Source of the DNA: Cyclobacteriaceae bacterium
Lineage (GTDB): Bacteria > Bacteroidota > Bacteroidia > Cytophagales > Cyclobacteriaceae
Assembly (NCBI GenBank): GCA_013141055.1
Contig: JABFRS010000001.1
Location: 2,967,319 to 3,031,318, forward strand
Length of the DNA stretch: 64,000 nucleotides
Direction: 5' to 3'
Shown: positions 16,548 to 27,102 of the stretch, in pieces
How the letters are laid out: each line of letters starts with the position of its first letter
Numbering within the stretch: position 1 is the first letter of the stretch
Translations under genes and position numbers: made by a program
The notes under the pieces: model-generated
What the model was told of the DNA's origin: nothing
What the model saw: only the letters and a program-made list of their open reading frames with translations
The model's database searches: none

Positions 16548-19361
16548 TTAAGAAGGCAGATTAAAGTAGAAAACTGCCCCTTCAAGTGGCTTTCCTTCTG
16601 CCCATACGGTGCCTCCGTGACGGGCAATGATTCTTTGAACCAACGCGAGACCTACTCCCGTTCCTGAAAATTCCGACTCTTTGTGCAGACGTTGAAATAC
16701 GCCAAACAATTTTGAATAGTACTGCATGTCAAATCCGTTACCGTTGTCTTTAACGTAGTACACAGTCTTGTCGTCTTGCTTAAGCGAACCGACTTCAATC
16801 ATGGGCTGATCTTTCTTTCCGGAATACTTGATGGCGTTAGAGAGAAGATTGATCCAGACTTGTTTTAATAAATTGAAATCACCTTTTGCGGGAGGCAACT
16901 TAAGCAATTTGAATTTTTCAGGAATCATGGTTCCGCCGACAACAAGTTCTTCTACCACTTCTTTTACCAGATTATTCATATTGACTTCTGATATTGTAAG
17001 CTCGGCTCGTCCCAGACGCGAGAAGTTAAGGAGATCATCAATCAACTGCCCCATCCGCTTGGCATTTCTCATGATCCTGCCCAGGATAACCTGACCTTCG
17101 CTGTCAAACTGATGTGAATAGTCTTCAAGAAGGATCTGCCCAAAGCCGTTCATGATCCGCAATGGAGCACGGAGATCATGCGATATTGAATATGTGAATG
17201 CTTCGAGTTCCTGATTTAGTTCCTGAAGCTGCTTGGTCCTAACGGTGACGCGGTTTTCAAGTTCATTGTTGAGATTGAGAATCTCTTCTTCAGATTCTTT
17301 TCTTTGACTAACATCACGATAGTTGGCAACATAAGCCCGAACAGTAGGATCGTTCATAAGATTTGTGACGACCCCCTCCAGCCAGATGTAATTTCCGTTC
17401 TTATGAAGGAACCGGTATTGAAATGGCAATGGTAATCCAGGTTGTAGTTTTAGCTTGCGATAGAGTTCCAGGAAATCCTCTTTGTTCTCAGGATGAACAT
17501 ATTCAAGGACCGGCCGGCTTATTCTTTCTTCAAGCGTGTATCCCAGGATCCTTGTTACGGACGGACTCTGATAAAGAATATTGGAATCTTCATCATTGAG
17601 GACAATGGCGTCGACAATATTTTCAATCAACACACGAAAACGCTGCTCATTACTGGCAAGTTTCTCTTCAAAATTCTTTCTGTCAGTAATATCTCTGTAA
17701 GTAAACGTAATTCCATTAACATTTTTATCATTCATCAAATTAGTCACAACACCTTCTATCCAGATGCCATGACCTTTTCGGTGCTGTACTCGTACCTGAA
17801 AGGGAAATGCCTTACCCGGTTCCTTAAAAACAGAATCTACTACGTCTTTTAAAAGATGAGCATCTTCAGGATGTATAAAACGTTGATCAGGATGAGCCAA
17901 TCTGTACTCTAAAGAAATACCAGTCAGTCGTTCTACAGCTGGGTTTTGATATTTAGTTCGTAGATTCTCGTCAGTGATAGCGATGGCATCCGCACTGCTG
18001 TCAAGAATGGATCGTAACCTCTGCTCACTTTCTGTTTGTCGGACCTCTGCCTCTTTTCTTTCGGTGATGTTGCGATAGTTGATGATGATAGCCTGGACAT
18101 CCCGATCATCCAGAAGATTTGAAGCAATCCCTTCCACCCAGACATGATTTCCGTTTTTGTGAAGAGACCGGTATTGAAAATTGAAAGACTTACCCGGATT
18201 CTCCAGTAAGGTTGCAAAAAGTCTTTGCGCATCCTCACGGTCATCCGGATGAACAGAGTCAAGTCCACTCATTAATCTTCTTTCTTCGAACGTATATCCT
18301 GTGATGGAAAATACCCCCGGGCTTTGATAGGTAGGAACCAGCTTCCTATCAAAAAGTGAGATCCCTTCCGCACTGTTTTCAATAAGAGACCGGTAGCGTC
18401 GTTCATTTCTGTAGATCTCTTCTGTACGATCCAGAATTTTTTGTTCCAGACTTAAGTTGAGAAGTGCCAGCTTGTCTTCAATTTTCTTCTGTTCAATGTC
18501 TTTATTATTAATGATGAAGGCTGCCTGAAGAATAATAAGAAAGAACAGAATGATAAATGCGACGATTACTACTGATACTCCCAACTCATCGGTGATGGGC
18601 GACTTGGCTTGTCCGATCAGCTTCAAGTATCCCAGAATGACAGGAGAGACGATTGCTGCGGGGATGAGTAGTCTTGCAATCGTTCCGCCCGAGTAAGAGC
18701 TTGAGATCACAGACATAAAACCACGCTCTGTATTGGTAAAAAGTATAGCCGTTGCAACGAGTAAGAATGTAATAGCAGATTGTAACGCCATCGGTACATA
18801 GTACAGCAAACCGAAAGATTCCTTAACAGAATACAAATATCCTATAATGGCAAAAAGCGCAACAAGAATGGCAAGGAGTACGGCCAGATTTGCAATCCGT
18901 TTTGCAAAATCATTTGATAAACTGGTTAGAAGGACTGCGGAGGCAAGAATAGAAAAGTTAAAGGCCGTATTGGGGGCCATTCTATTGGAAATAACTCCAG
19001 GTAATTCTGATTGTAATTCGCCTGGGAAAAGAAATCCATCAATACCAAAGTGAGTTCCTAATAGGAAATCCGCTAGTCTCAGAAGTCCTACAATGATCAC
19101 TGCAATTGATAATGAACAGGCAAAGACATATCCATTTCTGGAAGTTGAGTGAATGATGAGAAAGGAGACCGCTAGCAAAATGAAACACACCGCTGAGGTG
19201 GGATTCATGGTGGGTGTATTGGAAAAGGAGTGCTTTATGAAAGCGATGTCAAAAGCCCAACCTAGCAGAATCAGTGCGCCGATTAGTATGGCGACTCCCA
19301 TCAGTAATTTTGAATAGTGCTTGAAACGATATTTCAATGCAAAATCGTGGGCAGAATTCAA
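16548..19361 (-). CDS. Membrane-bound multi-PAS sensor histidine kinase
   Basis: About 8 N-terminal TM helices, three PAS repeats, H-box SISHDLRAP, N-box NLLSNAIKY, G-boxes DNGNGF and GTGVGL. Confidence 0.92.
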   Translation of the reverse strand: MNSAHDFALKYRFKHYSKLLMGVAILIGALILLGWAFDIAFIKHSFSNTPTMNPTSAVCFILLAVSFLIIHSTSRNGYVFACSLSIAVIIVGLLRLADFLLGTHFGIDGFLFPGELQSELPGVISNRMAPNTAFNFSILASAVLLTSLSNDFAKRIANLAVLLAILVALFAIIGYLYSVKESFGLLYYVPMALQSAITFLLVATAILFTNTERGFMSVISSSYSGGTIARLLIPAAIVSPVILGYLKLIGQAKSPITDELGVSVVIVAFIILFFLIILQAAFIINNKDIEQKKIEDKLALLNLSLEQKILDRTEEIYRNERRYRSLIENSAEGISLFDRKLVPTYQSPGVFSITGYTFEERRLMSGLDSVHPDDREDAQRLFATLLENPGKSFNFQYRSLHKNGNHVWVEGIASNLLDDRDVQAIIINYRNITERKEAEVRQTESEQRLRSILDSSADAIAITDENLRTKYQNPAVERLTGISLEYRLAHPDQRFIHPEDAHLLKDVVDSVFKEPGKAFPFQVRVQHRKGHGIWIEGVVTNLMNDKNVNGITFTYRDITDRKNFEEKLASNEQRFRVLIENIVDAIVLNDEDSNILYQSPSVTRILGYTLEERISRPVLEYVHPENKEDFLELYRKLKLQPGLPLPFQYRFLHKNGNYIWLEGVVTNLMNDPTVRAYVANYRDVSQRKESEEEILNLNNELENRVTVRTKQLQELNQELEAFTYSISHDLRAPLRIMNGFGQILLEDYSHQFDSEGQVILGRIMRNAKRMGQLIDDLLNFSRLGRAELTISEVNMNNLVKEVVEELVVGGTMIPEKFKLLKLPPAKGDFNLLKQVWINLLSNAIKYSGKKDQPMIEVGSLKQDDKTVYYVKDNGNGFDMQYYSKLFGVFQRLHKESEFSGTGVGLALVQRIIARHGGTVWAEGKPLEGAVFYFNLPS

Positions 19362-19479
19362 GGTGAGGAAGCTTTAAGATTATTGAAAATAGCCCTGGGG
19401 TTCGGGCAATCACAATATAATTTTACAAAAATCCCGGGTCATAAATAAGTAATCCCTGAATTAAATGCGATTTTAACCT

Positions 19480-22344
19480 TTATTGAGATATAGGGAAGTA
19501 CATATCAAAGGTGGCGCCCTTGTTTACTTCACCATTCGCGAGAATTATTCCATTATGATTTTCGATAATTTTCTTCACGATCGACAGGCCGATTCCTGTA
19601 CCCTTGTATTCGTCCCTTCCGTGAAGGCGCTGAAAGACTTCAAAGATTCTATCCTTGTACTCAGCATCAAATCCAATTCCGTTATCTGAAATGGAAAGAT
19701 GATAATATGTTTTATCAGGTAAGAGATTCGAAGGTGCCCCTGAAGAATTGCCTTTCATAGTATTGCCCTTGATCCTGATATGAGGAGTAATACCCTCTCT
19801 TGAAAATTTCAAAGAATTCCCAATGAGATTATGAATCAATTGTCTGAATTGAAATGGAATGATGTAAGCTTTTGATAGCTTGTCTGATTCTATCACTGCG
19901 TTCTTCTGGGCAATATCTTCCCTGAGATCCGTTTTCACCTGTTCAATGATCAGATTCAGATCCGTATTCTCAAAGTTTCTCTCTACGGTGCTGGTCCTGG
20001 AATATGCCAGCAAATCTTCAATAAGCGTTTGCATACGCTTGGCAGCATTTTGCATTCTCAGAAAATAATCTTTCGCATTGTCTGAAAGGCTGGCATACTC
20101 TTTTTCAAGGATATGTGAAGCAAAGGTCCGGATCTTCCGCAAAGGCTCCTGTAAATCGTGACTGGATACATAAGCGAAAGACTGTAATTCCGTATTCATC
20201 TTTTCCAGTTCCTTATTCTTCTGCTCGAGTTCAGCGGTTCGTTCGCGAACCTGTCTTTCCAGACTTTGTTCACTAGCTTCCAGCATCAGACGGTTCTTCC
20301 GTTCTTCTGTAATATCTCCTAGCGTTCCTATAATCCTTACCGGTGTCTTATCTTTATCATAGAAAACTGTTCCGCGGGTTCTTATCCAACCGATATCTTT
20401 GTTGGGTTTAATAATCCGGGCTTCATAAGAATATACTCCCGATCTCATGGCCTCATCAAAAGACTTCTCAACAAAGGCTATATCTTCCGGATGAATCTGC
20501 CCGCGCATCTGCTGATGAAGTAATACCACTGATTTGTCGTGGCCAAAAATCTCTGACAGTCTTGAGGTATGAATGATCGATCGGTTAACAAGATCAAGTT
20601 CCCATGTCGCAAGTCCCGATGCCTCACTGGCAAGTCGCAGGCGTTGTTCTGCATTCTCAACTTTTTGTCTTGCCTCTACTTTCTCCGTTACATCATTGAC
20701 AGTAATAATAATGCCGGCCACTTTTCCGTCCGTTCCAAAAAGAGGAGCATACTCAAAGTCGAGATAGAATTTGCTCATCCCGTCATCCCCCTGTACATAA
20801 GCAACGGACTCCAGCTCCCTGTGGGTCTTACCAGAGTTATAAACCTCTTTTAGTAGCTCTGGATATTTCTGATCTTTTAATTCAGGAAAGACGTCTAAAG
20901 CTTTTTTGCCTATTACGTCACTTTCTTTTTTTCGCCAGATGTTTTCAAACATGATCACATTGGCCATCTCGATCACATGATCTTCTCCCATGAAAATAGT
21001 CATCGGAATAGGAGATTGCATGACCAGATTCCTGAACTGCTTTTCACTTTCAGTCAGTGCGTGCTTTGCGTTAACCGATGCTGTTACTTCTGTTGCAACA
21101 ACAATGATCCCTGAAATATCTCCGGTTTCTTCTCTTAGCGGATGGTATACAAAATTGAAATAGGTCTGTTCATTTTTTCCATACCGATTCAGGATGACGG
21201 GAAATTCAAATCCATGATAAGGCACTCCTGTCGTCATTACGGAGGTTAACAATGCGCCTACAGCTTCTTTTACTTCCGGCAGCCATTCGAAAAGAGGTTT
21301 GCCGATAAAAGAAGTTCCTGTTCTTCCCACCAGCTCGAGATAGGTCTGATTTGCCATTTCCACAATGAACTCAGGTCCACGTAAAATGGTAATACCAAGA
21401 GGAGCCTGATCTACTGTATTGCGAAAGCGCTTCTCACTTTCTTCAATCTGCCTGAATGCATTCTGTTGTGAGGTGATATCCTGAAGGGTACCACTGAATC
21501 GTTCTGCAATATTCTTTTCGTTGTAGGTTGCCTTTCCTTTTGCCAGTACTCTTCGCTGTTGTCCGGTAAGAGGATTAGTAATGGTGTATGATATTTCATA
21601 ATTGCCATCAGAACCAGGCCTTAACGCTTCTGAAATAGAATCAATTACTTTTTGACGGTCGTCATCTGCAATGTTGCCAAGCGCCAGAGGCAATTCAATT
21701 TCCTGATGCGGCGTAAGTCCAAACCAATCTTTTAACCGATCATTACCAATGAATTTATTAGTGGAAGGATTTAAATCCCATGTTCCAAGTTCGGCAGCTT
21801 CTATTGTGAAGCTAAGCAGATCTTCACGCTGCTTGATTTCTTTCAATGCGTTGATCTTCCCTGTGGTCTCACTGCAGGTGACCAGCACACCAGCTTCTTT
21901 TCCTGATTCGTCTTTAACGGGACTGTAGCTAAAGGTCCAGTAGACATCCTCAATTTTTCCGTTTCGATAGATGGGTATCAACTGATCTTCGCTAAAGGTA
22001 GCTACTCCTGTATTCAGCACCTGATCGATCAATGGTTTTATAATGTCCCAAATTTCCGCCCATGATTCTTTTGCAGGTTGTCCAAGAATGGAAGGATGTT
22101 TTCCATTTTGCCCCAGGCTTGGCCGGTAAGCATCGTTATAAAAACAAATTAACTCTGGTCCCCACCATAGAAACATGGGGAACTTGGAATTAAGAATAAT
22201 GCTAAGCGTTGTGCGAAGACTTTGTGGCCAGGTTTCAGGAGGTCCAAGAGATGTTTTAGTCCAGTCTTTTGCGCGTGTGAGCGCACCCATTTCTCCACCA
22301 CCTGAAATGAATTGAGAATTCAAATCAGCCTTACTGCTTTTCAC
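19480..22344 (-). CDS. Cytoplasmic multi-PAS sensor histidine kinase
   Basis: No TM; N-terminal GGEMG...DWTKTSLGPPETWPQSL block, several PAS repeats, SSHDLQEPLRKI, NLIGNSLKF, DNGIGF, GTGIGL; GTG start. Confidence 0.92.
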   Translation of the reverse strand: MKSSKADLNSQFISGGGEMGALTRAKDWTKTSLGPPETWPQSLRTTLSIILNSKFPMFLWWGPELICFYNDAYRPSLGQNGKHPSILGQPAKESWAEIWDIIKPLIDQVLNTGVATFSEDQLIPIYRNGKIEDVYWTFSYSPVKDESGKEAGVLVTCSETTGKINALKEIKQREDLLSFTIEAAELGTWDLNPSTNKFIGNDRLKDWFGLTPHQEIELPLALGNIADDDRQKVIDSISEALRPGSDGNYEISYTITNPLTGQQRRVLAKGKATYNEKNIAERFSGTLQDITSQQNAFRQIEESEKRFRNTVDQAPLGITILRGPEFIVEMANQTYLELVGRTGTSFIGKPLFEWLPEVKEAVGALLTSVMTTGVPYHGFEFPVILNRYGKNEQTYFNFVYHPLREETGDISGIIVVATEVTASVNAKHALTESEKQFRNLVMQSPIPMTIFMGEDHVIEMANVIMFENIWRKKESDVIGKKALDVFPELKDQKYPELLKEVYNSGKTHRELESVAYVQGDDGMSKFYLDFEYAPLFGTDGKVAGIIITVNDVTEKVEARQKVENAEQRLRLASEASGLATWELDLVNRSIIHTSRLSEIFGHDKSVVLLHQQMRGQIHPEDIAFVEKSFDEAMRSGVYSYEARIIKPNKDIGWIRTRGTVFYDKDKTPVRIIGTLGDITEERKNRLMLEASEQSLERQVRERTAELEQKNKELEKMNTELQSFAYVSSHDLQEPLRKIRTFASHILEKEYASLSDNAKDYFLRMQNAAKRMQTLIEDLLAYSRTSTVERNFENTDLNLIIEQVKTDLREDIAQKNAVIESDKLSKAYIIPFQFRQLIHNLIGNSLKFSREGITPHIRIKGNTMKGNSSGAPSNLLPDKTYYHLSISDNGIGFDAEYKDRIFEVFQRLHGRDEYKGTGIGLSIVKKIIENHNGIILANGEVNKGATFDMYFPISQ

Positions 22345-22527
22345 CTGTTGGAAGATTAAGATTGCCGTTGACTAAGACCATTCAAAAAAGAAATTGGATT
22401 GTAATTTATAGTAGAATGGAACTCAAGCAAAATGTAAACTTCTTTATTTGAGAATTATTCAGTTTACTGTCGCTGAAAACTACAATACAAAAGGTGTGCC
22501 GTGAGAGAAAGAAAAGCAAATGAAGAT

Positions 22528-23727
22528 TTACCTGGATATTCTCTTCATACGGGCCATATAGAATCCGTCAAAGCCTTCACTAGGCATAATGCTCTTCTGC
22601 TCCTGAAGCTCAAATTTTCCTTCATGGTTTTTCATGAATTGTTCAACCTGACCTTCATTTTCACTTGGCAGAATGCTGCAGGTAGAGTAAACCATAAGTC
22701 CACCAACCTTCAGCATAGTGCTGTAATCATTCAGAATAGTTTGCTGCTGAACCTTTACTTTTTCAATGAACTCGGATGAGAGTTTCCACTTGGCGTCAGG
22801 GTTACGCCGGATTACTCCAAGTCCCGAACAGGGAACATCCAACAAGACTCTGTCTGCAGAATTTTCAAGTCGCTTGATAACCTTGGAAGAATCAATGGCT
22901 CTTGTCTCGATCGTATCGCTGGCACCTGCACGTCTTGCCCGTTTCTTCAGTTCTTCCAGCTTAAATCCTTCAGTATCCATCGCAATGATCCTGCCTTTAT
23001 TATTAAGGAGTGATGCAAGATGAAGAGTTTTTCCACCCGCTCCGGCACACGCATCAATAACACGTTGCCCCGGACTTACCTGCAGGAAAGGAGCGATCAT
23101 CTGAGAACCGGCATCCTGAACTTCAAAAAGTCCGTCTTTAAATTGTTGTCGTGTGAAAATATTCTGACGTTCATCAAGGATCAATGCATCCGGAAATTCT
23201 TTAGGTGCATTGGTTTCAATCTGCTCTTCTTCCAGTTGTTTTTGCAGATCATGTCTTTGAATTTTTAATGTATTGACACGCAGAACAACTTTAGCCTGTT
23301 CATTCAATGCCTGGATCTCGCCATCCCAGGTGCGCCCTATTTCTTTCCTGCCAAGATCATCGAGCCAATCAGGAATTGATTCACGTATTTTGGTTGTGTT
23401 CTTTATTTTATCATATCGTTCAAAGAACTTGCCCTTGTCGACGGGAGGAAACTCTTCCCAATCCGGCATGGTAATTTTATTCCATACACACCACGCCTGC
23501 AGAAGTCTCCAGAAATCTTCAGGATCACAATCAATCAGATATGAGAACAGGCGATGCCATCTCACAATATCATACGTAGTCTCTGCTATGAAGCGACGGT
23601 CGCGCGCACCCCATTTGGGATTTTGTTTCAGGACCTTTTCTATGACCTTGTCAGCGTACCGGTTTTCGACAAATATTTCGTGGAGAGATTCAACGACTGC
23701 TTGAGAAAGATTGTGGAAGAGTTTCAA
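22528..23727 (-). CDS. RsmB/NOP/Sun family RNA cytosine-C5 methyltransferase
   Basis: FEVQDAGSQ, DACAGAGGKT, DVPCSGLG, YSTCS motifs. Confidence 0.93.
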   Translation of the reverse strand: MKLFHNLSQAVVESLHEIFVENRYADKVIEKVLKQNPKWGARDRRFIAETTYDIVRWHRLFSYLIDCDPEDFWRLLQAWCVWNKITMPDWEEFPPVDKGKFFERYDKIKNTTKIRESIPDWLDDLGRKEIGRTWDGEIQALNEQAKVVLRVNTLKIQRHDLQKQLEEEQIETNAPKEFPDALILDERQNIFTRQQFKDGLFEVQDAGSQMIAPFLQVSPGQRVIDACAGAGGKTLHLASLLNNKGRIIAMDTEGFKLEELKKRARRAGASDTIETRAIDSSKVIKRLENSADRVLLDVPCSGLGVIRRNPDAKWKLSSEFIEKVKVQQQTILNDYSTMLKVGGLMVYSTCSILPSENEGQVEQFMKNHEGKFELQEQKSIMPSEGFDGFYMARMKRISR

Positions 23728-23940
23728 AATGATAAGTGTTTTTAGCCAGGCTACGTAAAACGCTTAAAAATGCATGTATACTGCCTTATTTGCCCGAAAG
23801 TTAGAGGATATTCATGGATACTTTATAACTTCAAAATTGTACTACCCAAAACATAATGCCTTTCGCTAAAAGTGCCTCGTTGAATAATTAAAGCTGATTG
23901 GCGATTTTTGAAACGTTTATTAAAACTAACACCCAACATC

Positions 23941-26730
23941 ATGAGATCAATTGTTTTTTTACTAGTGCTTTTTGTATCCGCCCAGGCTATGGCTCAGGAT
24001 TGGGGAGGCCTTTTAAAAGGAGTAAAGAAAGAAGTCGGTAATGCAGGTGCCAAGAAGAAAGCACAGCTTGATTCTATTGATTTTCAGTTGGCGATGTCAG
24101 TGAATGAGAATGCAGGATTCTTTGATGTTGATAATAAAGGAGAAGGCGGCGCGACAGCCATGTACATGTTGAAAGAGCGCTCTGAAAAAACAGACTCTGA
24201 AATAGCAAGAGATACACTGGCGTGGGCGACATTCTATTATAACCGCAGATGGTTTCAGCCTGCACAACTTGCCCTTGACAATGCGAGGAGCTACATGATT
24301 AATAAAGGACTGCAAAGAGATATCAGTTATCTGAAGTCCGAAACCATGCTGGGAGTCGTTTATCTTTTGCAGGGCCGTACCGAAAAAGCTGACAGCATCA
24401 TTACAGTTTCACTTGAAAACACCCAATCAATATTGGGAGAGAAGAGTGTGGGCTATGCTGCTAACCTGAACAGCAGAGCCAAGCTTGAGGAAATGTCAGG
24501 GAAGTACAACGATGCTGAAAGGGATTTTGAAACTTCCGCACAGATATTAAAAGGGATCTTCAAGGAGAATAGCATGCAATACGCGGTGCTGCAGAATAAT
24601 AAGGCAATGCTTTATCAGACACTGGGAAGATATCCGCAAGCCGTTGAATTAATGAAAGAGGCGATCAAAAATTCTGAAGTAAAGAAGGATGATAAATCAT
24701 TCGATACAAGAAGATTTCAATCCAATCTTGCTTATCTCTATCAACTCTCGGGTGATTATGTCCAGGCCGAATCAATTCTATTAACGATCAAGAAGACATT
24801 TGAAAACCGCCTCCAAACGGTTGGACCTGAATATGCGGCATTGCTGAATCAGCTGGGGGTGCTTTATATCCAGACTAACAAGTATGATCAGTCAGAACCA
24901 TTGCTTAAGAAGTCAGCGGAACTTTATAAAAAGAAATTTACAGAAGAAAGCCCATCCTTTGCGAAAGTGCAGAATGACCTTGGAACTCTTTATAGAGTTC
25001 AGGGTAAGTTCCCGGAAGCAGAGGCTGCGTTTCTGCGATCGATAGCAATCCGAAAGAGTGTACTGGGAGAGAATCATCCTGACTATGTGAAGTCAGTGGA
25101 TAACCTGGGGATCCTGTATTGGAAGAAAGGAGATCTTACCAATGCCTATACCTACTTTAGTGAAGCGATGACAAAGTCTCTTGACTTTATCAATCAGTAT
25201 TTCCCTCCTATGAGTGAGGTGGAGAAGACAAAGTACTGGGATATTTTACAACCACGCTTCCAGCGTTTCTATGGTTATGCAGTGGAAGCCAGTGTCAGCA
25301 AGCCTGAGATATTAAAAGATGTCATGGACTATCAGATTACTACCAAGGCGCTGCTTTTGAATTCAACCAACAAGATCAAAAAGGCAATCCTTGAAAGTAA
25401 GGATAAGCAATTGATTGAAGATTATTTATCATGGATTGGTCAGAAGGAAGCTCTGGCTAAATACTATTCTCTTTCAAAATCAGAGCTGAACGACCAGAAG
25501 ATTGATATCAAGGCTCTTGAGCAGCAGGCCAACGCTTCTGAGAAAGCTTTGTCGCAACGCTCCGGCGATTTTTCCAAAGCATATTCCAGTGAGAAGATCA
25601 GCTATAAGAAAGTAGCGGGATTGCTGGGTGAAACGGAGGCACTGGTGGAGATCATTCGCGTGAGATCGTTTGACAAGGACTTCACGGATCAGTCGCGCTA
25701 CGTTGCACTTATTCTGACAAAAGGACTTGATATCCCTAAGATGGTAGTGCTTGACAATGGCAGTCAGATGGAGACAAAGTTTGCCAAGTATTATAAAAAC
25801 GCGATCATTCAGCGGATAGCGGATCAGTATTCCTATGAGCAGTATTGGTCAAAGATTGATCCATTGCTGGTGGGCAAGAAGATGATCTACTTTTCTCCTG
25901 ATGGAGTTTACAATCAGATGAATATCAATACCCTGAAGAAGACGGATGGCGACTATGTTGGAAATCGTTTTGATGTTGTGACCATTGGTAATTCCAAGGA
26001 CATCATTGCATTAAAGAGTAAGAAGGCTATTCTGAAAAAGACTGCTTTTGTGTTGGGGTTCCCCGACTATGGTGGTGCAGCAGTGGCATTGCCAGGAACA
26101 AAGGCTGAAGTAGAGAACCTTGCAAAGATCCTGAAGCTAGCGGGCTATACGGTCAGTCTGAGTGAACAGAAAGAAGCTAATGAAGCAAAGATCAAAGCAG
26201 TTAAAGGACCTGCTCTTATGCATATTGCAACACACGGATATTTTCTGGCAGATACGGATATTGGTACAGGCAATGCAATGGGCATCGATGCTGAGAATGC
26301 AAAGAACAATCCTTTGTTAAGGTCAGGACTAATTTTGTCTGGTGCACCGGATCCTGGCAAGCAGCAGGAATCTTCTGATCTTCAAAGCAACGACAACGGA
26401 ATTCTTACGGCATATGAAGCGATGAATCTTTCTCTGGAAGGAACGGATCTTATTGTTTTAAGCGCATGTGAAACAGGATTAGGAGATGTGAGGGCGGGGG
26501 AGGGAGTGTATGGATTGCAGCGCGCATTTTTAGTGGCAGGCGCCAATGCGTTGATCATGAGCTTGTGGAAAGTGGATGATGCAGCGACACAGATGCTGAT
26601 GACGAACTTCTATAATAACTGGACCAAGAGCGGTAATAAGTTAAAGGCTTTCAAGCTGGCTCAGACGCAGTTGATGGTGAAATATAAGGATCCGTATTAT
26701 TGGGGAGCGTTTGTGATGATGGGGATGTGA
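23941..26730 (+). CDS. Exported TPR-repeat + CHAT (caspase-like) domain protein
   Basis: Signal peptide from ATG 23941, TPR repeats (YAALLNQLGVLY, HPDYVKSVDNLGILY), CHAT motifs HIATHG, LSACETG, SLWKV and PYYWGAF. Confidence 0.9.
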   Translation: MRSIVFLLVLFVSAQAMAQDWGGLLKGVKKEVGNAGAKKKAQLDSIDFQLAMSVNENAGFFDVDNKGEGGATAMYMLKERSEKTDSEIARDTLAWATFYYNRRWFQPAQLALDNARSYMINKGLQRDISYLKSETMLGVVYLLQGRTEKADSIITVSLENTQSILGEKSVGYAANLNSRAKLEEMSGKYNDAERDFETSAQILKGIFKENSMQYAVLQNNKAMLYQTLGRYPQAVELMKEAIKNSEVKKDDKSFDTRRFQSNLAYLYQLSGDYVQAESILLTIKKTFENRLQTVGPEYAALLNQLGVLYIQTNKYDQSEPLLKKSAELYKKKFTEESPSFAKVQNDLGTLYRVQGKFPEAEAAFLRSIAIRKSVLGENHPDYVKSVDNLGILYWKKGDLTNAYTYFSEAMTKSLDFINQYFPPMSEVEKTKYWDILQPRFQRFYGYAVEASVSKPEILKDVMDYQITTKALLLNSTNKIKKAILESKDKQLIEDYLSWIGQKEALAKYYSLSKSELNDQKIDIKALEQQANASEKALSQRSGDFSKAYSSEKISYKKVAGLLGETEALVEIIRVRSFDKDFTDQSRYVALILTKGLDIPKMVVLDNGSQMETKFAKYYKNAIIQRIADQYSYEQYWSKIDPLLVGKKMIYFSPDGVYNQMNINTLKKTDGDYVGNRFDVVTIGNSKDIIALKSKKAILKKTAFVLGFPDYGGAAVALPGTKAEVENLAKILKLAGYTVSLSEQKEANEAKIKAVKGPALMHIATHGYFLADTDIGTGNAMGIDAENAKNNPLLRSGLILSGAPDPGKQQESSDLQSNDNGILTAYEAMNLSLEGTDLIVLSACETGLGDVRAGEGVYGLQRAFLVAGANALIMSLWKVDDAATQMLMTNFYNNWTKSGNKLKAFKLAQTQLMVKYKDPYYWGAFVMMGM

Positions 26731-26843
26731 GGTACGGACGGATAAGAAATAATAGCTTTTGAATCGAAGAAAAATGCATGACCACAGATGAAGCATAACT
26801 AAGTGCGTTTGCTTTTAAACTCAAATAGAATCGTTCATCATGT

Positions 26844-27068
26844 TGTTGCGTACCTACGGCACGCTGGTCGAACTAAACATAATCTTTCTACAAAGATTGG
26901 GTCCCGCTGGGACCAGTATCCACAAACATGTCCTATTGGGTTATTTAATGGTCGTGTATCAAAATCACCTATGACATCTCTCATTGCCGTTAGTTAACGG
27001 TCCCGGAGGGACCCAATATTTGTAGTCAACATCATCAGAATTTACACCGGTGCCGTAGGTACGCAACA
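26844..27068. repeat. Nested inverted REP-like palindromes (four elements)
   Basis: Perfect 19-bp inverted repeat TGTTGCGTACCTACGGCAC (26844-26862) / GTGCCGTAGGTACGCAACA (27050-27068) enclosing a 27-bp inverted pair CTACAAAGATTGGGTCCCGCTGGGACC / GGTCCCGGAGGGACCCAATATTTGTAG (3 mismatches). Confidence 0.85.
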
Positions 27069-27102
27069 TTTTTTTATGAAGACATTGTAGCCGATGAATA
27101 GG

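Noticed and set aside
23941-26730. Type III-E Craspase or gasdermin defence system
   Set aside because: No Cas7-11, Csx30/31, gasdermin or array nearby, and the protein has a signal peptide.
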